Assembly (NCBI RefSeq): GCF_001186125.1
Contig: NW_014040537.1
Span: forward strand, 200,316 to 234,128
Source: Sphaeroforma arctica JP610
Taxonomy: Eukaryota
DNA: 33,813 nt
Direction of reading: 5' to 3'
The notes below the pieces were generated by a model, which searched no databases, was not told where the DNA came from, and worked only from the letters and a program-made list of their open reading frames with translations. Below, in pieces: positions 1 to 11,701 of the stretch. Position 1 is the first letter of the stretch; every line of letters begins with the position of its first letter. A program made the position numbers and the translations under genes.

Positions 1-9
1 TGGCAACTG

Positions 10-609
10 ATGGAGACACACGAGCTTATACAGCTGTTGAACCCTGACATTCAGGATGCACAGCAACGTACGACAGCACGTTTCCAGGGTCGCAACAACC
101 GCGAGGGCCCGACGACCAATGGAAGTCGCGACCACACCAATAGCCGCCCCAACCTACAGACGAGTAGACGACAAACGCGGAATTGGACTCAACGACCCCT
201 ACCTACGGTACCAACGACTTGTGCGGAGTGCCAGGCACAAGCGCCACCAGGTGGTAGGCACATCCCACGGTGTCATCATTTCAGGGCGTCGCAAGCGGTG
301 AGCTCGGAGGGTCGGGCAAGGCTATACGACAACAACCGTCCTTTGAGGGACGTACAATCGGTACACAGACCGTCCACAACGTCAACCGCAGGACAGGGGC
401 AGAATACATCCCAGACTAGAGACGTAGTCACAATACGTCCGACGCCTCAAGTACAGGTGAATGCGATTACACAGGACGAAGACTTGGCTCCACCATCGGA
501 AGCTACAGAGATTCATATCAACACGATTCTTTACGGAGACTTCGAGCACATGACGTCAACACCAAACCACACCTATGAGACGTGGGAGTCGGTAGCCGAT
601 CATGCATGA
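10..609 (+). pseudogene. Gag C-terminal region of Gypsy 1
   Basis: Low-complexity R/N/T-rich ORF with an atypical knuckle CAEC-x9-H-x3-C. In frame with the downstream protease across one TGA (607-609). Confidence 0.65.
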
Positions 610-618
610 GAGGTAAGG

Positions 619-911
619 GTGTCTGACTCGGATAGGAGCTTCATATTTGTTACCACGATTGGAGCAGTGATGGCAATACAAGACCCATTGCTGACGTCAG
701 ACAACCGAGTCTATATTCAAGTACAAATCAACGGACGAACGTTCAAAGCCTTGATAGACACGGGAGCAAATAGAAGTTGTATCTCACAGACATCCGCAGA
801 CCTCCTTGGCCGACCAATAACTCCGGCACCACCTGGGTCATTTATATATTTAGCTGACAAGGCGGTGCGAACTCCTCGACTGGGGACGACGGAAGTGGTA
901 CCTATAAGGAT
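619..911 (+). pseudogene. Retropepsin aspartic protease of Gypsy 1, C-terminal part missing
   Basis: VQINGRTFKALIDTGANRSCIS. The downstream ILGxD-type motif seen in Gypsy 2 (ILQGMD) is absent. Confidence 0.9.
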
Positions 912-1390
912 TTGGAAGCCAATGCGAAAATTGCCGACAACGCGCGCTGTCGTCTGGAAGGGAGTGAGGTAACCATCCCAGTAACCCATGAACAAGCGTT
1001 GCAGATGCGGAGATCGACGCGTCACTTCGTATCCGATCGATGGCTCCCCTATGTGGATGAACAAGGGAAGAAGTGGTTGACGGATTTGGTGATTGCGAAA
1101 CGAACGACACCAACGACTGTTAATCTTCCTCTCCTTGCGGTACCGACATTTGATGCGGAAGGCAACGTCAAGAAGGAGTTGATAGGTGATCGTTGGAAGG
1201 AGAGACATGCACAGGCGTGGCAGGCAATGAAGGACGCAGTGGTGAATGCTGTGGCGTTACACTTTCCGGTCGACGGCATTCCTTTGAACTTGGGAACCGA
1301 CGCTAGCGATTACGGTTTAGGGGGAGCGCTATTCCAATGGGTCGACGGAGAGACAAATGTGCTCCCAGACATGTTAAGTAGAGTACACGA
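912..1390 (+). pseudogene. Fused remnants of the RT N-terminus and RNase H of Gypsy 1
   Basis: PTTVNLPLL...GNVKK joins directly to WQAMKDAV...GTDASDYGLGGALFQWVDGE, which joins directly to TNVLPDMLSR. The YxDD core and the RNase H centre are absent. Confidence 0.88.
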
Positions 1391-1430
1391 GGGGACAGCG
1401 GAGCAGGACGAACTCGAAATAATGTATACA

Positions 1431-1835
1431 GACGGCTGGCAGTTATTCCCTAGTTACTTTGAACAAGCGCAACAACACTTTGGACCGAATGACATAGATG
1501 TACTGGCGGACCCAACCAATGCTCAGCTTCCTCGGTTCTGGACGAAGGATGATGGGGGAAGGAGCGTTTGCCCACGACTGGTCGATAGTCGATGGATGGA
1601 TGAACCCGCCTTGGGAACAGATACACAGGATGTTACGCAAAATACGAGCCGACGGCGCACGGGCCACAGTATGTCTACCATGGGTACCAAGAGCACCATG
1701 GTTCGACCTGTTCAAGCAGTTATTGCAGACAGAACCGGTGCTGGTACCACGGACACCACACACGTTCCTCAAGTACGCTAAGTACGCATGTGGGAAGACA
1801 CCATGGGGTCATACCGTAGTAGCACGGGTGGGTCC
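1431..1835 (+). pseudogene. Dam-like (phage T1/HP1 Dam, PF05869-type) DNA amino-methyltransferase domain of Gypsy 1
   Basis: DGWQLFPSYFEQAQQHFGPNDIDVLADPTNAQLPRFWTKDD, then a +1 shift at G5 (1554-1558), then GAFAHDWSIVDGWMNPPW (NPPW 1603-1614)...ATVCLPWVPRAPWF...TFLK...GKTPWGHTVVARVG. Confidence 0.85.
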
Positions 1836-1954
1836 TCCCAATGGATTCAAACTGAACCCGCTGTTTTCACAGCGACTTGGTTATGCAGAACCAAAGCATA
1901 CAAAATATGTGATGTGCTTAGATACCGCGCGAGAAATCTCAGTGGCACTGGCAG

Positions 1955-2914
1955 ATGCAGAGGGTCCCGGCGTTTGCACAAGCGAGTCCGACGGAGAAAC
2001 AGCGTCGTACGCAACTCACGCAAGCGCAACACGAACAAGGACATCATGGGGCGGCGGACACAGTCCAACAACTTCGTCAGAACGGTTACGTTTGGCCAGG
2101 GGCACTTGAGTTAGCCACGGAGGTTAAGCGGCAATGTGGCACATGTTTGGGACAGGACACACTTCGTAAAGGTTTCCACCCGATGATTAGCATCGATGCA
2201 CGCTACCCGTGGGACCATATTCAAGTGGACTACATCCCGATGCCACTGGAGTCCAGACGCAAGAACAATTATATTCTTCACGTCTTAGCCATCGCCACAG
2301 GCTATTCTATCCTTCGAGCCACACCGGACAAGACAAAGGAAACCACGACACAGACACTCATAGAGATTTTTGGCGAACATGGCTTCCCCCGTAAAATCCA
2401 AACAGACATGGGGCAGGAGTTCACCAACAAGATAGTGGAGCTTCTGGTCCAGGAAGTGGGGATGCTACATAAGGTGTCTCCACCATATCGACCCCAAGTG
2501 CTGGGCGCGGCAGAACGACGTCACAAGGAGATTACACGTTCTATTCGACAATGCTGTGAGGCAGTTTCCCTTCGATGGGACGAACGCCTTCCGTTTACGA
2601 TGCTATACCAGAACCTTCGGATATCCCGTCGCCATAGGAGTGCACCGTTTAGCGTGTACTTTGGCCGCCGCCATGTTCCGTTCGCCGATTTCACAGACGA
2701 GTTACCGGATTCCCAGCCGATGACGAATGACACCTGGGCACAACGATTAGACCAGTTACAGGACACTATATTGCCGACCCTCCACCACATTACCAAGAAG
2801 TATACAGGCAAGCTTACGACGACATTTGACCGCCTGCATGCTCACGACTTGGTACATTTCGACGAAGGAGATGTGGTCATGGTACGATCAGAAGGCTATG
2901 CGGCCATTGTTTGG
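1955..2914 (+). CDS. Retroviral-type DDE integrase of Gypsy 1, open up to the N gap
   Basis: HEQGH...CGTC zinc finger. Catalytic triad in WDHIQVDY, IQTDMGQEF and GAAERRH. APFSVYFGR. Confidence 0.93.
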
Positions 2915-2994
2915 NNNNNNNNNNNNNNNNNNNNCCAACGATCGAAGAAGTGCCATCTCAGGGTACTTTGGGTCCACAACGTAAGCGGTGAAAT

Positions 2995-3235
2995 TGTTTG
3001 GACAAAATCAGCACTGGCATCATTCTGCTCAGATACAAGTACAGTTCGGTGCACAGAGGAGGATGGTCAAATGACAGGTGTCATGAGGTGTCAAATAAGT
3101 TCACCAAAATAGGTCATGCATTTATGACTTACGTGTGACTACATATGCATAGGAGATGTACATATAAAACCCTCCGTAGAGGTGTAAATAGAGTCATTCT
3201 CTACTCAGTATAGTATGGTTCTATATGTTGAAACA
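2995..3235 (+). repeat. Copia 5' LTR
   Basis: 3163-3235 aligns without gaps to 17837-17909. Ends in CA and is followed by the PBS. The start at 2995 is inferred from TG, the short terminal inverted repeat and the TSD. Confidence 0.75.
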
Positions 3236-3243
3236 GGTTATGG
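3236..3243 (+). promoter_or_regulatory. Copia-type primer-binding site (half-tRNAiMet type)
   Basis: GGTTATGG directly after the LTR-terminal CA. Matches the start of the Drosophila copia PBS GGTTATGGGCCCAG, then diverges. Confidence 0.7.
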
Positions 3244-3304
3244 ACTTCGGTTAAATTATAGATAACCTAACAAATACATAACGCAAGTATAGTAAATATA
3301 TTAC

Positions 3305-5043
3305 ATGCGACGTATTCAGAGACCATCGACGACATTCTTGATCGCAAGTTACCAAAATCACGCGTATACATACAATAACATATCATCACGGGTACTATAT
3401 AAATCATTACCATCCCCGCCTCCTACCCGTCTCTTAAAGATGCACACGAGTTTGCTGCCAGAAATTGGCCAGGTTATCCACGATACGAGGCTCTCGACAA
3501 ATATAATAGATCACTACACAGCATTCATAACCTATATCAGGAGTTCGGGTACAACCCACTCGGCATACCAGTATCAACTGGTCGTCTCCTAGCACACTTA
3601 TCCTGCGCAAGAGCAACAATCGCCCTTATTCGAGTTCGTGCAGACGCAAACGAAGACGAGACCAGAAAGTACAAACAAGGATTAGTAGACGAAGAGTACG
3701 CGCTCAATGAAGAACGTGATACTAAACGTGCGCCAATCTAGTACAAAGGAGAAATTCGCAAAATGCGAAGCTGAACTCAATAGTACACGGGCTCAACTCC
3801 GCGAAGCAGAGACATATATAGGCACAGACCAGAAACATAATCTCCGTGCTGCTGAACTGCAAGGTGAAGCGGATGGCTTACGTTCGGCGCTCAATGAGGC
3901 CAACGACCAAATTAACAATCTCAACATAGCCAACAGAGCTCCTAAACATATTGCTGAGAGATATGGCATCACTCTCATAAAGCTTGCACTCGATGTTCGG
4001 GATACACCAAAATACAAAGATGTTTACAATGGTGGGTAACTTGAGGGTTGGCGAAACTTCGGCAACTGGATCACTGGTTTACGCATGAGTTAGAACACTT
4101 TGGTGTACTTCATCGCTGTCATCCAATGTGCAACGAACGCTGCGCAGGAGGAGGATCAGACCCAGCAGCAGACTCGAAATGTCGTCGTATACTCATACAT
4201 TCTATCAGCGAACCCCTGCTCAACTCCGTGTACAAAAATTACATGATAAAAGCACCACACGTCTTCCTCGATCACATATGTGTCACCACCAATACTGGCA
4301 GTCATGGAAGATTCTAAGGCGTACTGCAGAACCTAACCAGCTTAAGTCAACGGGCTCGCCTGATACAACGCTACAAACTTTGGAGGAGATTCGCCAACAC
4401 TTGGTCGACGTCGGTGAGAACATCCCAGACTCTTCGATCACATTTGTGTCACCACCAATACTGGCAGTTATGGAAGATTCTAAGGCGCACTGCAGAACCT
4501 AACCAGCTTAAGTCAACGGGCTCGCCTGATACAACGCTACAAACTTTGGAGGAGATTTGCCAACACTTGGTCGACATCGGTGAGAACATCCCAGACAAGT
4601 ATCTAATTTGTGCCCTACTCTATAGTCTCGACGACAACTACAACATACTCCGTGTGGACATATTCGATCACGATCTGGATGCCCTCACGATCAACGAGAT
4701 CTATAAAAAGGTACTCAAGTTTGCAGGTGATATTCAGCTCGATTCTTCAACACCGGCATCCGGTCTAATGTCTATTAAATTCCCTGCCGAACGCAGTGAA
4801 AAATCCACAAACAATGATGCCAGTAATGGTAACCAGAATAATTTCACCTAACGACGCGAACGTCCCAACTGTTCTATATGTGGCAAAGCAGGACACATCA
4901 TCTTCGGATTCTCTGATTCAATCTGTCGTCGTTGCGGTTCAGCTGACCATAAGGGAAATAAATGCCCCATCGGCCGTTCTACACTATCATGCTCCAAATG
5001 CGGCAAAGGGGGCCACAATGATACAGCATGCGTGTCTAAGTGA
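3305..5043 (+). pseudogene. Copia Gag, fragmented, with a coiled-coil segment, UBN2-like core and three CCHC-type knuckles
   Basis: LEEICQHLVDIGENIPDKYLICALLYSLDDNY. After the TAA at 4849-4851: CSICGKAGH, CRRCGSADHKGNKC, CSKCGKGGHNDTAC. Start position uncertain. Confidence 0.8.
4265..4596 (+). repeat. 166-bp tandem duplication inside Copia gag
   Basis: 4265-4430 is nearly identical to 4431-4596. The period is not a multiple of 3, so it shifts the frame. Confidence 0.95.
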
Positions 5044-5293
5044 AGCCACGGGGTCCCTCGAGGCGATATTAGCACTAGCTACGATATAAATACGAAATGT
5101 TCCCAAGGACACTGATAAGTATACTTATACGGACACAATATAGTCCTACAGAACTCAAAAAGCAAAATTCCAAGGAAACATATATTCCAAATAAAGCGGA
5201 CACAAACACAGTCACAGAACACTATCGCATACAGAGTGCAATATACCAAGATGGGCCCACAGCACCACTATACTTCGCCGAGTCTCTCATTGA

Positions 5294-5540
5294 TGTAGAG
5301 TATGGAGAGTAGCTGAAAGGTACTACACAATAAGATATAATGGACCTCTTCTCAAGTACAGTTATCTCAGCTAGGAAAAGTCCCTAGTCTGAGAGAGCCG
5401 AACTGAGTCTTTCTACCGCTAATATTTCTAATGACTAATATCATAAATATTCCAATCCTAATTCCAAAACTCAGTATTTAATTATTTTGGGTTTTGGGAT
5501 TTGGATTGGCTTTTTGATAATCTGGTCCCTAGATGCTACT
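5294..5540 (-). repeat. Gypsy 2 3' LTR (247 bp)
   Basis: Direct repeat of 13677-14002 that lacks a 77-bp internal block. TGTAG...GCTACT, with the terminal CA mutated to CT. Confidence 0.93.
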
Positions 5541-5554
5541 GCCCCCCAACTCTG
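5541..5554 (-). promoter_or_regulatory. Polypurine tract of Gypsy 2
   Basis: Minus strand reads AGAGTTGGGGGGC immediately before the 3' LTR. Confidence 0.65.
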
Positions 5555-5914
5555 TGCTTCGTAGCCTGCGTAGGAGTAGAAAGTGACATCTTACAGTACT
5601 AGATTATCTAGAGGTTGGTGTTTGTATACAGGGAAAGACTTGTCCCTTAGGGGGCATAAGATGAAAAACCTGCCACCATTATCTATTACATATTACCGAT
5701 TAATTAAATTTATACTATAGCAGGAGTTCTCTAACACGCTCATCGGAGTCAGTCTTGACCGGTGCTCTCGGCTGATCTCAACCTGGCTCAGGAAAACGCA
5801 TCTCAACGGTGGCTCTACAGCTGAGGCTCTGGTCCTTGTCCTTCTGGTGTGTGGGGGGGAGCATGCTTCTAGGCGAGAAAGGTGGGAGTGTCCTGTGGTA
5901 TCAGTGAGACTTGC

Positions 5915-6388
5915 TTAGGTCCCCCGCCTCGTGCGCTGTCTGTGGATCGCTGATCTTTCATCAGTGCTCGTTGTCGCTGGCTTCTTTGGCCTGGACTGCG
6001 TTCTTTTACGTCTCCGGCGTTGACGGTATGTTGTAAAGACATCAGCATCTGCGATGTCTGATTCATGCGTCCAGGTACGCTCACCATATGTCCATTGCAG
6101 TAGGTACTCCTGGGATCCATCACCTCGGATGGACGGCCTGTTGTCAACTATCGAAGAGAACTGAGCCTCTTCTTTTGGTTGTACGTGATTGTTGGAAATA
6201 AATGCTTCCGGAGCACTGGCCCTTTTAACGAGGCCAAGTAGCTCATTAGTGATCGAGTCAGGATATTCGGGGGCTTTAGTCCCATTAAGGTTACAGACAA
6301 AATACCTGTTGCCCTCCCTGCATACCATTTTGTATGGTCCGCCATTTGGTGCTGTTAACTTGTTCATTTCACCTTGATAGCGAACCAT
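5915..6388 (-). pseudogene. Integrase C-terminus with GPY/F motif and chromodomain (about 6020-6160)
   Basis: KLTAPNGGPYKMV. FSSIVDNR...GSQEYLLQWTYGERTWTHESDI...FTTY matches the chromo pattern EYLxxW...TW. Basic tail RRRRKR. Confidence 0.82.
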
Positions 6389-6419
6389 GACAAGGTCCCC
6401 TTCCTGGAAGTTTACATAC

Positions 6420-7245
6420 TTCTTTTAGTATTTTCGATCGTATGCTGCGCGCATCTTCTCTTGATACTGTGCAACGTTGCTATTTAGTTGTGGCCTGATG
6501 GTTTCTTATAGATGTTGCAGTCGTTCTTCCCAAGATACTGTTCTACTGGATACGGTCACTGGCTCATTGTAGTCCGTGAGTTGATTCTGTCTGCGACCAA
6601 AGTACATATTAAAGCGCGGGGACTTGTGTCTTCTGGATGTATGCAGATTGTGGCCCATCTGTACGAATGGAAGTCGTGAACACCAGTTACCTGGATTCTG
6701 TTCTACGAATTTCCGTAGCAGTGGCATGAGGTCTCTGTGTGATCGTTCGTTCGCACTTAAAACTTCAGGTTGATACGGCCGAGAGACTAGGTGTTGCATT
6801 GGCACTTGTTCAACAACTTTTGAAAGTATGTTGTTAACATATTCAGTGCCTTGGTCGGTCTGTATGATTTGTGGGAATCCATGTTCACACATGATTGGTA
6901 CCAGCGTGCGTGCTATGGTAGCCGCTAATTTTTCCATCATTGGACGCAAAATGACATATGATGAGTGTACATCAAGCCATACTAACACATCTGTGTGTCC
7001 TCTGTCCTCTGTTAGAATCCAATAGTGGACCTATGGTGTCCACTTGGACTCTGTCGCCGGGATACGCGGCTGTGATTGATTGTAAGGGGTGAAATACATT
7101 TTTGTGTAAAATTATTTTTTTGAGACATGGTATACATCCGTCAATGAACTTGTGTACATGTTGTTGGATATCAACCCAATCATGGCCATCTGTTTGCAAC
7201 TTGTGTACTGTTTCCTCAGGAGTGTAATGCCCCTAATTGTGGTAT
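6420..7245 (-). pseudogene. DDE integrase of Gypsy 2, with frameshifts and stops
   Basis: YHN*GH...CIPC, DRVQVDTIGPL, IQTDQGTEY, SANERSH. Confidence 0.92.
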
Positions 7246-7375
7246 TTCTCAATGATGTTGACATGTGTCTCATATTCTGTTGCCTGTGGTGCGTCTCCAG
7301 AGTGAACTGGTTCTGACGCTGCAACGTGTATTGCAGGTTGTTCCCGCGTTGAATCGAAGTATGGAGACTTAGCTC

Positions 7376-7766
7376 CTATCTTTGCAACTAATGCGACACC
7401 CCATTGGGTCTTGCCGCAAGCCTTCTTGCCCTCTTTGAGGAACGTATTGTTTGTGTTTTCCACTAGCATCGGGTCTTCTTCTACTAAAGACAAGAACTTT
7501 AGAATCCACGAGGCATTGGGGTAACATGGTACACATATCGTGATGCTGGTTGCCTCTTCAATGACTTTGTCAAGGATATCAGGTATAAGTTCCCATGGTG
7601 GATTCGCCCATGCATTAACTTCCTGCGCCCACTTTTGTTGTAGCGCATTCTGTTCTTTGGTGTAATATTTATCTGTGTGCGCATTGTGTGCCAATGCAAA
7701 CAGGTCTACTGTGAACTTCCCAAACCTTCGTTCCGCCTCTTAATAGAATCTGGGATGTAACATCCA
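7376..7766 (-). pseudogene. Dam-like DNA amino-methyltransferase domain of Gypsy 2
   Basis: WMLHPRFY*EAERRFGKFTVDLFALAHNAHTDKYYTKEQNALQQKWAQEVNAWANPPW (NPPW 7593-7604)...ITICVPCYPNASW...TFLKEG...GKTQWGVALVAKIG. In frame with the RNase H end and the integrase start. Confidence 0.87.
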
Positions 7767-7884
7767 AACTATAGCCGATATGACTATGGACATGTTTGTT
7801 TCCAAGGTGGTGTACTCTTGGCTATTGTGTGTTGCCTCATTCGCTTTTTGTAATACTTTTGACTCTTTAATACTAAAGGTATCT

Positions 7885-8330
7885 TCATAGAGACGCGACA
7901 ACATGTCTGCCATCTGGTTGTCCTTGCCTGGGACATGTATGATGGAGAATGGTGGTGGAACGTTTACGCTATCCATTTGGCTAGCATTGGGTGTAAAGTC
8001 TGTTGACTGTTCATTTGCGTGAGCGCTTTGTGATCTGTCCACAGTGTTATGTCCCCCCTCTTTACTGTATTCGGATAAATGTTCCAGGCTGTATACCAGT
8101 GCTAGTAGTTCTTTGGTATTTGTGCCATAGTGTTGATGTGCTGGGTTCAAGCCTTTTGATAAGTAAATAATGTATCGTCTAACACTATCGATGACTTGAA
8201 ATAAACACCCTCTTATGCCATAGTCACTAGCATCGTTCATAATTTGAAACGGTACCCCATCAACAGGGTATGCTAGCGTCGCTGAACAGGCGATGGCATC
8301 TTTGAGTTCTTCCCACTTCTTGATTAGTTA
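7885..8330 (-). pseudogene. RNase H (Ty3 type) of Gypsy 2
   Basis: YPVDGVPFQIMNDASDYGI, YGTNTKELLALV, HVPGKDNQMADMLSR. Confidence 0.92.
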
Positions 8331-9130
8331 CGGTGTCCATAACATGGATATGTTCTGTTTCATTTTTCCCTTCATTAGGTTCCGAAAGTGTTTCGTTGTG
8401 TGAGCAAAGTTGGGGACATGGTCTTGCATGTAATTTGCTAATCCCACTGCTTTGTGCAGATCTCTTTTTGTTCTGGGTAGTGGCCAATCCAATATTCTTT
8501 TCTGTTTCTCAGGATCTGCTTTGAGTCCCTTTATGGTGACTTTCACCCCAAGAATGTTGACCACTTTGACCGCAAAGGTACACTTGTTGTGATTGAGTCG
8601 GAAGTTTGCGCTATTCAGTCGCTTGATTACTTCACGAACTGGTTTGCCGTGTTCTTTTTCTGTAAGACTCGCAATGACTATGTCATATATATACACTTGC
8701 ACTCCTTTGATATCTATGAGCAGATTCACCATGACTCTCTGGAATTGTGCTGTGAGTGAGTGTAGTCCAAACGGCGCGGACTTGAATACCTTGTAGGTCG
8801 TGCAACACTTCCTTTATTTTTGGTAACACAAAATTGTCCTGATCGATCTCCCGTAAGTCTAGACATGTCCTGACTTTCTTAAATAGACCCGTTTGGTCAT
8901 GTTCACCTGTTGATAACAACGGCAGGTTTACCGTTGTGGGCTTGTCGCGTTTGTATATTTGGCCATCTTTAAGCCATCGTTGCACATTCTCGTCCGTTTG
9001 CGGAATGTATTTGTGCGGAACAAAGTTGAGTTTAGCGTGCCCCATTTGTCTGACGTTGATTTTATTTGCAGGTACCGTGACTGTGGAGCCTGGTAGGTTG
9101 CAGTGAACATCAGGAGGTATATTCGCAATG
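8328..9130 (-). pseudogene. Reverse transcriptase of Gypsy 2, decayed
   Basis: KKVRTCLDLREI, APFGL, VYIYDIVI (YxDD mutated), LNHNKCTF, VGLANY. Confidence 0.92.
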
Positions 9131-9259
9131 GTATTCAGGAGGTCTGTAAGTGACTCTCTGAAACCTTCTTGTTCATGCTCTTGGTCTTCTTCATGTGGTG
9201 TGAGAAGTGATTCCCATTTTACATCTGTCGGTATGAGTGTGTTGATTAACCCTGCTATG

Positions 9260-9565
9260 TATAAACCTATGTATGGTAAAATGTCCATACCTTGAAGTAT
9301 TTGTCTTTTTGTCTGGCAAGTCCAATACTTCAAAGCACTGAGAGGTCTTCATCCATCCATAGTTATTGTCACAAAATTATGTTGATCCAGTGCGTTGTAT
9401 TCTTGCATCTGTTTGTGCTAGTTGTATATACCCAGGTTACACTCTAACAGACAGGTATAGTTCTGAAACTACACTTTTGTCCATGCATGAGCGTTGTGCC
9501 CCTGAGTCTACTAGTACATTGTATGTATTGCCATTGATTTGTATATCAATGTGTAAACGTTGGTC
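9260..9565 (-). pseudogene. Aspartic protease of Gypsy 2 (not in the ORF track)
   Basis: Manual translation gives RLHIDIQINGNTYNVLVDSGAQRSCMD...ILQGMDIL, with internal stops. Confidence 0.88.
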
Positions 9566-9875
9566 TCGTGGTGCGGGAAGTAAAGATAAAGGTTGATAAT
9601 TTATATCATTTGCATTTATTTACAACGTTTCTTCATCTGTAAATACATTGAGTCTGCCAGTCAGGTTAATCATGTTCGCTTCCGCCCACCAGTGTTTTCA
9701 GNNNNNNNNNNNNNNNNNNNNNNNNNNNNNNNNNNNNNNNNNNNNNNNNNNNNNNNNNNNNNNNNNNNNNNNNNNNNNNNNNNNNNNNNNNNNNNNNNNN
9801 NNNNNNNNNNNNNNNNNNNNNNNNNNNNNNNNNNNNNNNNNNNNNNNNNNNNNNNNNNNNNNNNNNNNNNNNNNN

Positions 9876-10958
9876 TAGTGTCACAGACGCCGTTCTTATG
9901 TGTGTCTCAGTCATAGTACAAAACTTGGTATGTTCTATGTCAAACAGATGTCCTTCACTTCCATCAGGTTGCTTGTCTCCTTTGATTAAGAGGTCCACTA
10001 TTGATTTTAGTACATAGTACTTAAGTGCTAGGTACCATTGTACTTTGAGGATTTGGAAGTGTATGGGTTCCTTGTATGAGCTGCGGTATCCCTCCTGTAG
10101 CATCGCTATTGTCTTGTGCACATGCTCTGTGCGCACTTCGACGTTCATCTTCTTATTCTGCATGTCATTGAGAAACTTCTCCAATAGATAGTCTACTGGG
10201 TGTGATCTGAGTCGATCAATAATGATTCTATTGAACTGTTCGGGATCAGTGAAGTGCCTAGTTGTTTGTGTCTCAGAGTCTCTTATGTTTTTGACTACTG
10301 CTTTGGTTTTCTCCGTTTCATCAGTGGAATCTAATAGTCTTCTCACTAGTGCTGGATACTGACACAATGGCATTGACGTAGCTAAGAATAGATCACTACA
10401 TTGTGTAGTGAGCTCTATGATGTCCTCACAATTTTCCAATCTAAAGAAGCTATCCTTCGGCATCTTTGGAAATTCTGAGGTCTTGAGTAATTTCTTAAGA
10501 AATGATTCGTTATCGGATCGCCTAAACGTGAACGCATGAGCTCTAGCTCACTAATGTACAGACTGATTTGGATAAGTTTGTCTTCCTCATCATCACCGCA
10601 ATCGTCGATCGCTTGGCCAAATCGTCGTTTGAGCTCCGCATCTACTAGTGGCTGCGACGCTGGCTGTTGATCATGTATGCCTACTCTCATTTTGTGCAGA
10701 GTTAGTATGGGCACCGGTGCTGTTTGTTCCAATTTGGATACAAACCGTCTCACCAGAACATGATTGCCGTGACAGATACTCTTGTCTATGTCTAGACGCA
10801 TTGCTGACGCTGCGATGGGTACCCCCGCCGGTGTAGGCTGACCCGAACTAATGCCTGGACTTGCCTCCCCCATTGGGCTGACTCTAACGTTACCCGCGCC
10901 TTCACTACCTTCCCCCACTATTGTACACGCTTGTTCTGGTTGCTGTTGGCATTTTCAT
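9876..10958 (-). pseudogene. Gag of Gypsy 2, frameshifted, 3' part in the N gap
   Basis: Two overlapping minus-strand ORFs (10415-10918, 9666-10463) directly upstream of the protease. Assigned by position only. Confidence 0.65.
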
Positions 10959-11508
10959 AAGTCTGTGTTGTTGTGTGGGTGTTAGTGGATTATTACTAAA
11001 GACTCTGGTTATGTTTTGTGCGAAAGTGCGCACTTCACCCATCCCTCTTTAGTAATAAGTCAACATTTTGTTTTGTTTTGGATTTATGTTACTTACTTTT
11101 TATGTTGTTGTTGCTTTGCTGCACTTCCGCAGGAAGTGTTTACCTTGCTGTATGGTTCGGTAGCTTGTTGCGTTGTCCCCTATATTTATGAGGGGTGAAA
11201 TTGGTGTTTGTTAGTCAAGCTTATTCCGTCACCTGTGACGTCACTTGTGCGTATTTAGTCACGTGAGAACGTATTGTCACTAGTGTTATTTCGTCGTGTG
11301 AGAAATTATTTTCTCATGTGATCTTAATGAGATGTTCGGTCTTAGTGACGTCACCTGGAGGAGTTCGGTCCTGGTGATGTCACCTAAGAATTCCGGTCCC
11401 ATCTCTGACTGTGATTCAGTCACTTGTGTAAGTTCGGTCCTATTTCGAACCGTGATCTTTACCTTATTGTTTGTGGCGGGCCGCAAGGTTCGAACAGGCT
11501 CTTGTCGT

Positions 11509-11701
11509 GCTTGATTTAGGCGTGGTTGTACCCTTGTTTCTGTGATCAATAGGTGTGATTTCTTCCTGGTGAGTGTATGTGTCTCGAAGATCACTTAGAT
11601 GTTTTGTGTTAGGCTTGATTTAGACGTGGTTGTACCCTTATTCCTGAGATCAATGGGTGTGATTGCTTCTTGCTGAATGTATATGTCTCGAAGATCACTT
11701 A
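11509..11701. repeat. Tandem repeat, period 104 bp, in the Gypsy 2 leader
   Basis: GCTTGATTTAG...CTCGAAGATCACTTA at 11509-11597 and 11613-11701. Confidence 0.9.

Larger units (their letters stand above)
1..2914 (+). mobile_element. Ty3/Gypsy LTR retrotransposon 1, internally deleted; left end outside the window, right end cut by the N gap
   Basis: Order Gag-PR-(RT remnant)-(RNase H remnant)-MTase-IN. Motifs LIDTGA, TDASDYGLGG, DMLSR, HHCC and DDE. Collinear with the minus-strand Gypsy at 5294-14002. Confidence 0.93.

Noticed and set aside
604..621. Programmed stop-codon readthrough between gag and pol
   Set aside because: The in-frame TGA lacks a recognisable readthrough context and the element is otherwise damaged. 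A nonsense mutation is simpler; other copies would be needed to decide.
2935..3112. C-terminal extension of the integrase ORF 1955-3112
   Set aside because: The ORF track reads through an N gap into unrelated flank and the Copia LTR.
1431..7766. Classifying the MTase-bearing elements as DIRS retrotransposons
   Set aside because: They encode an aspartic protease and DDE integrase, and Gypsy 2 has direct TG..CA LTRs with a TSD. No tyrosine recombinase or inverted terminal repeats are seen.
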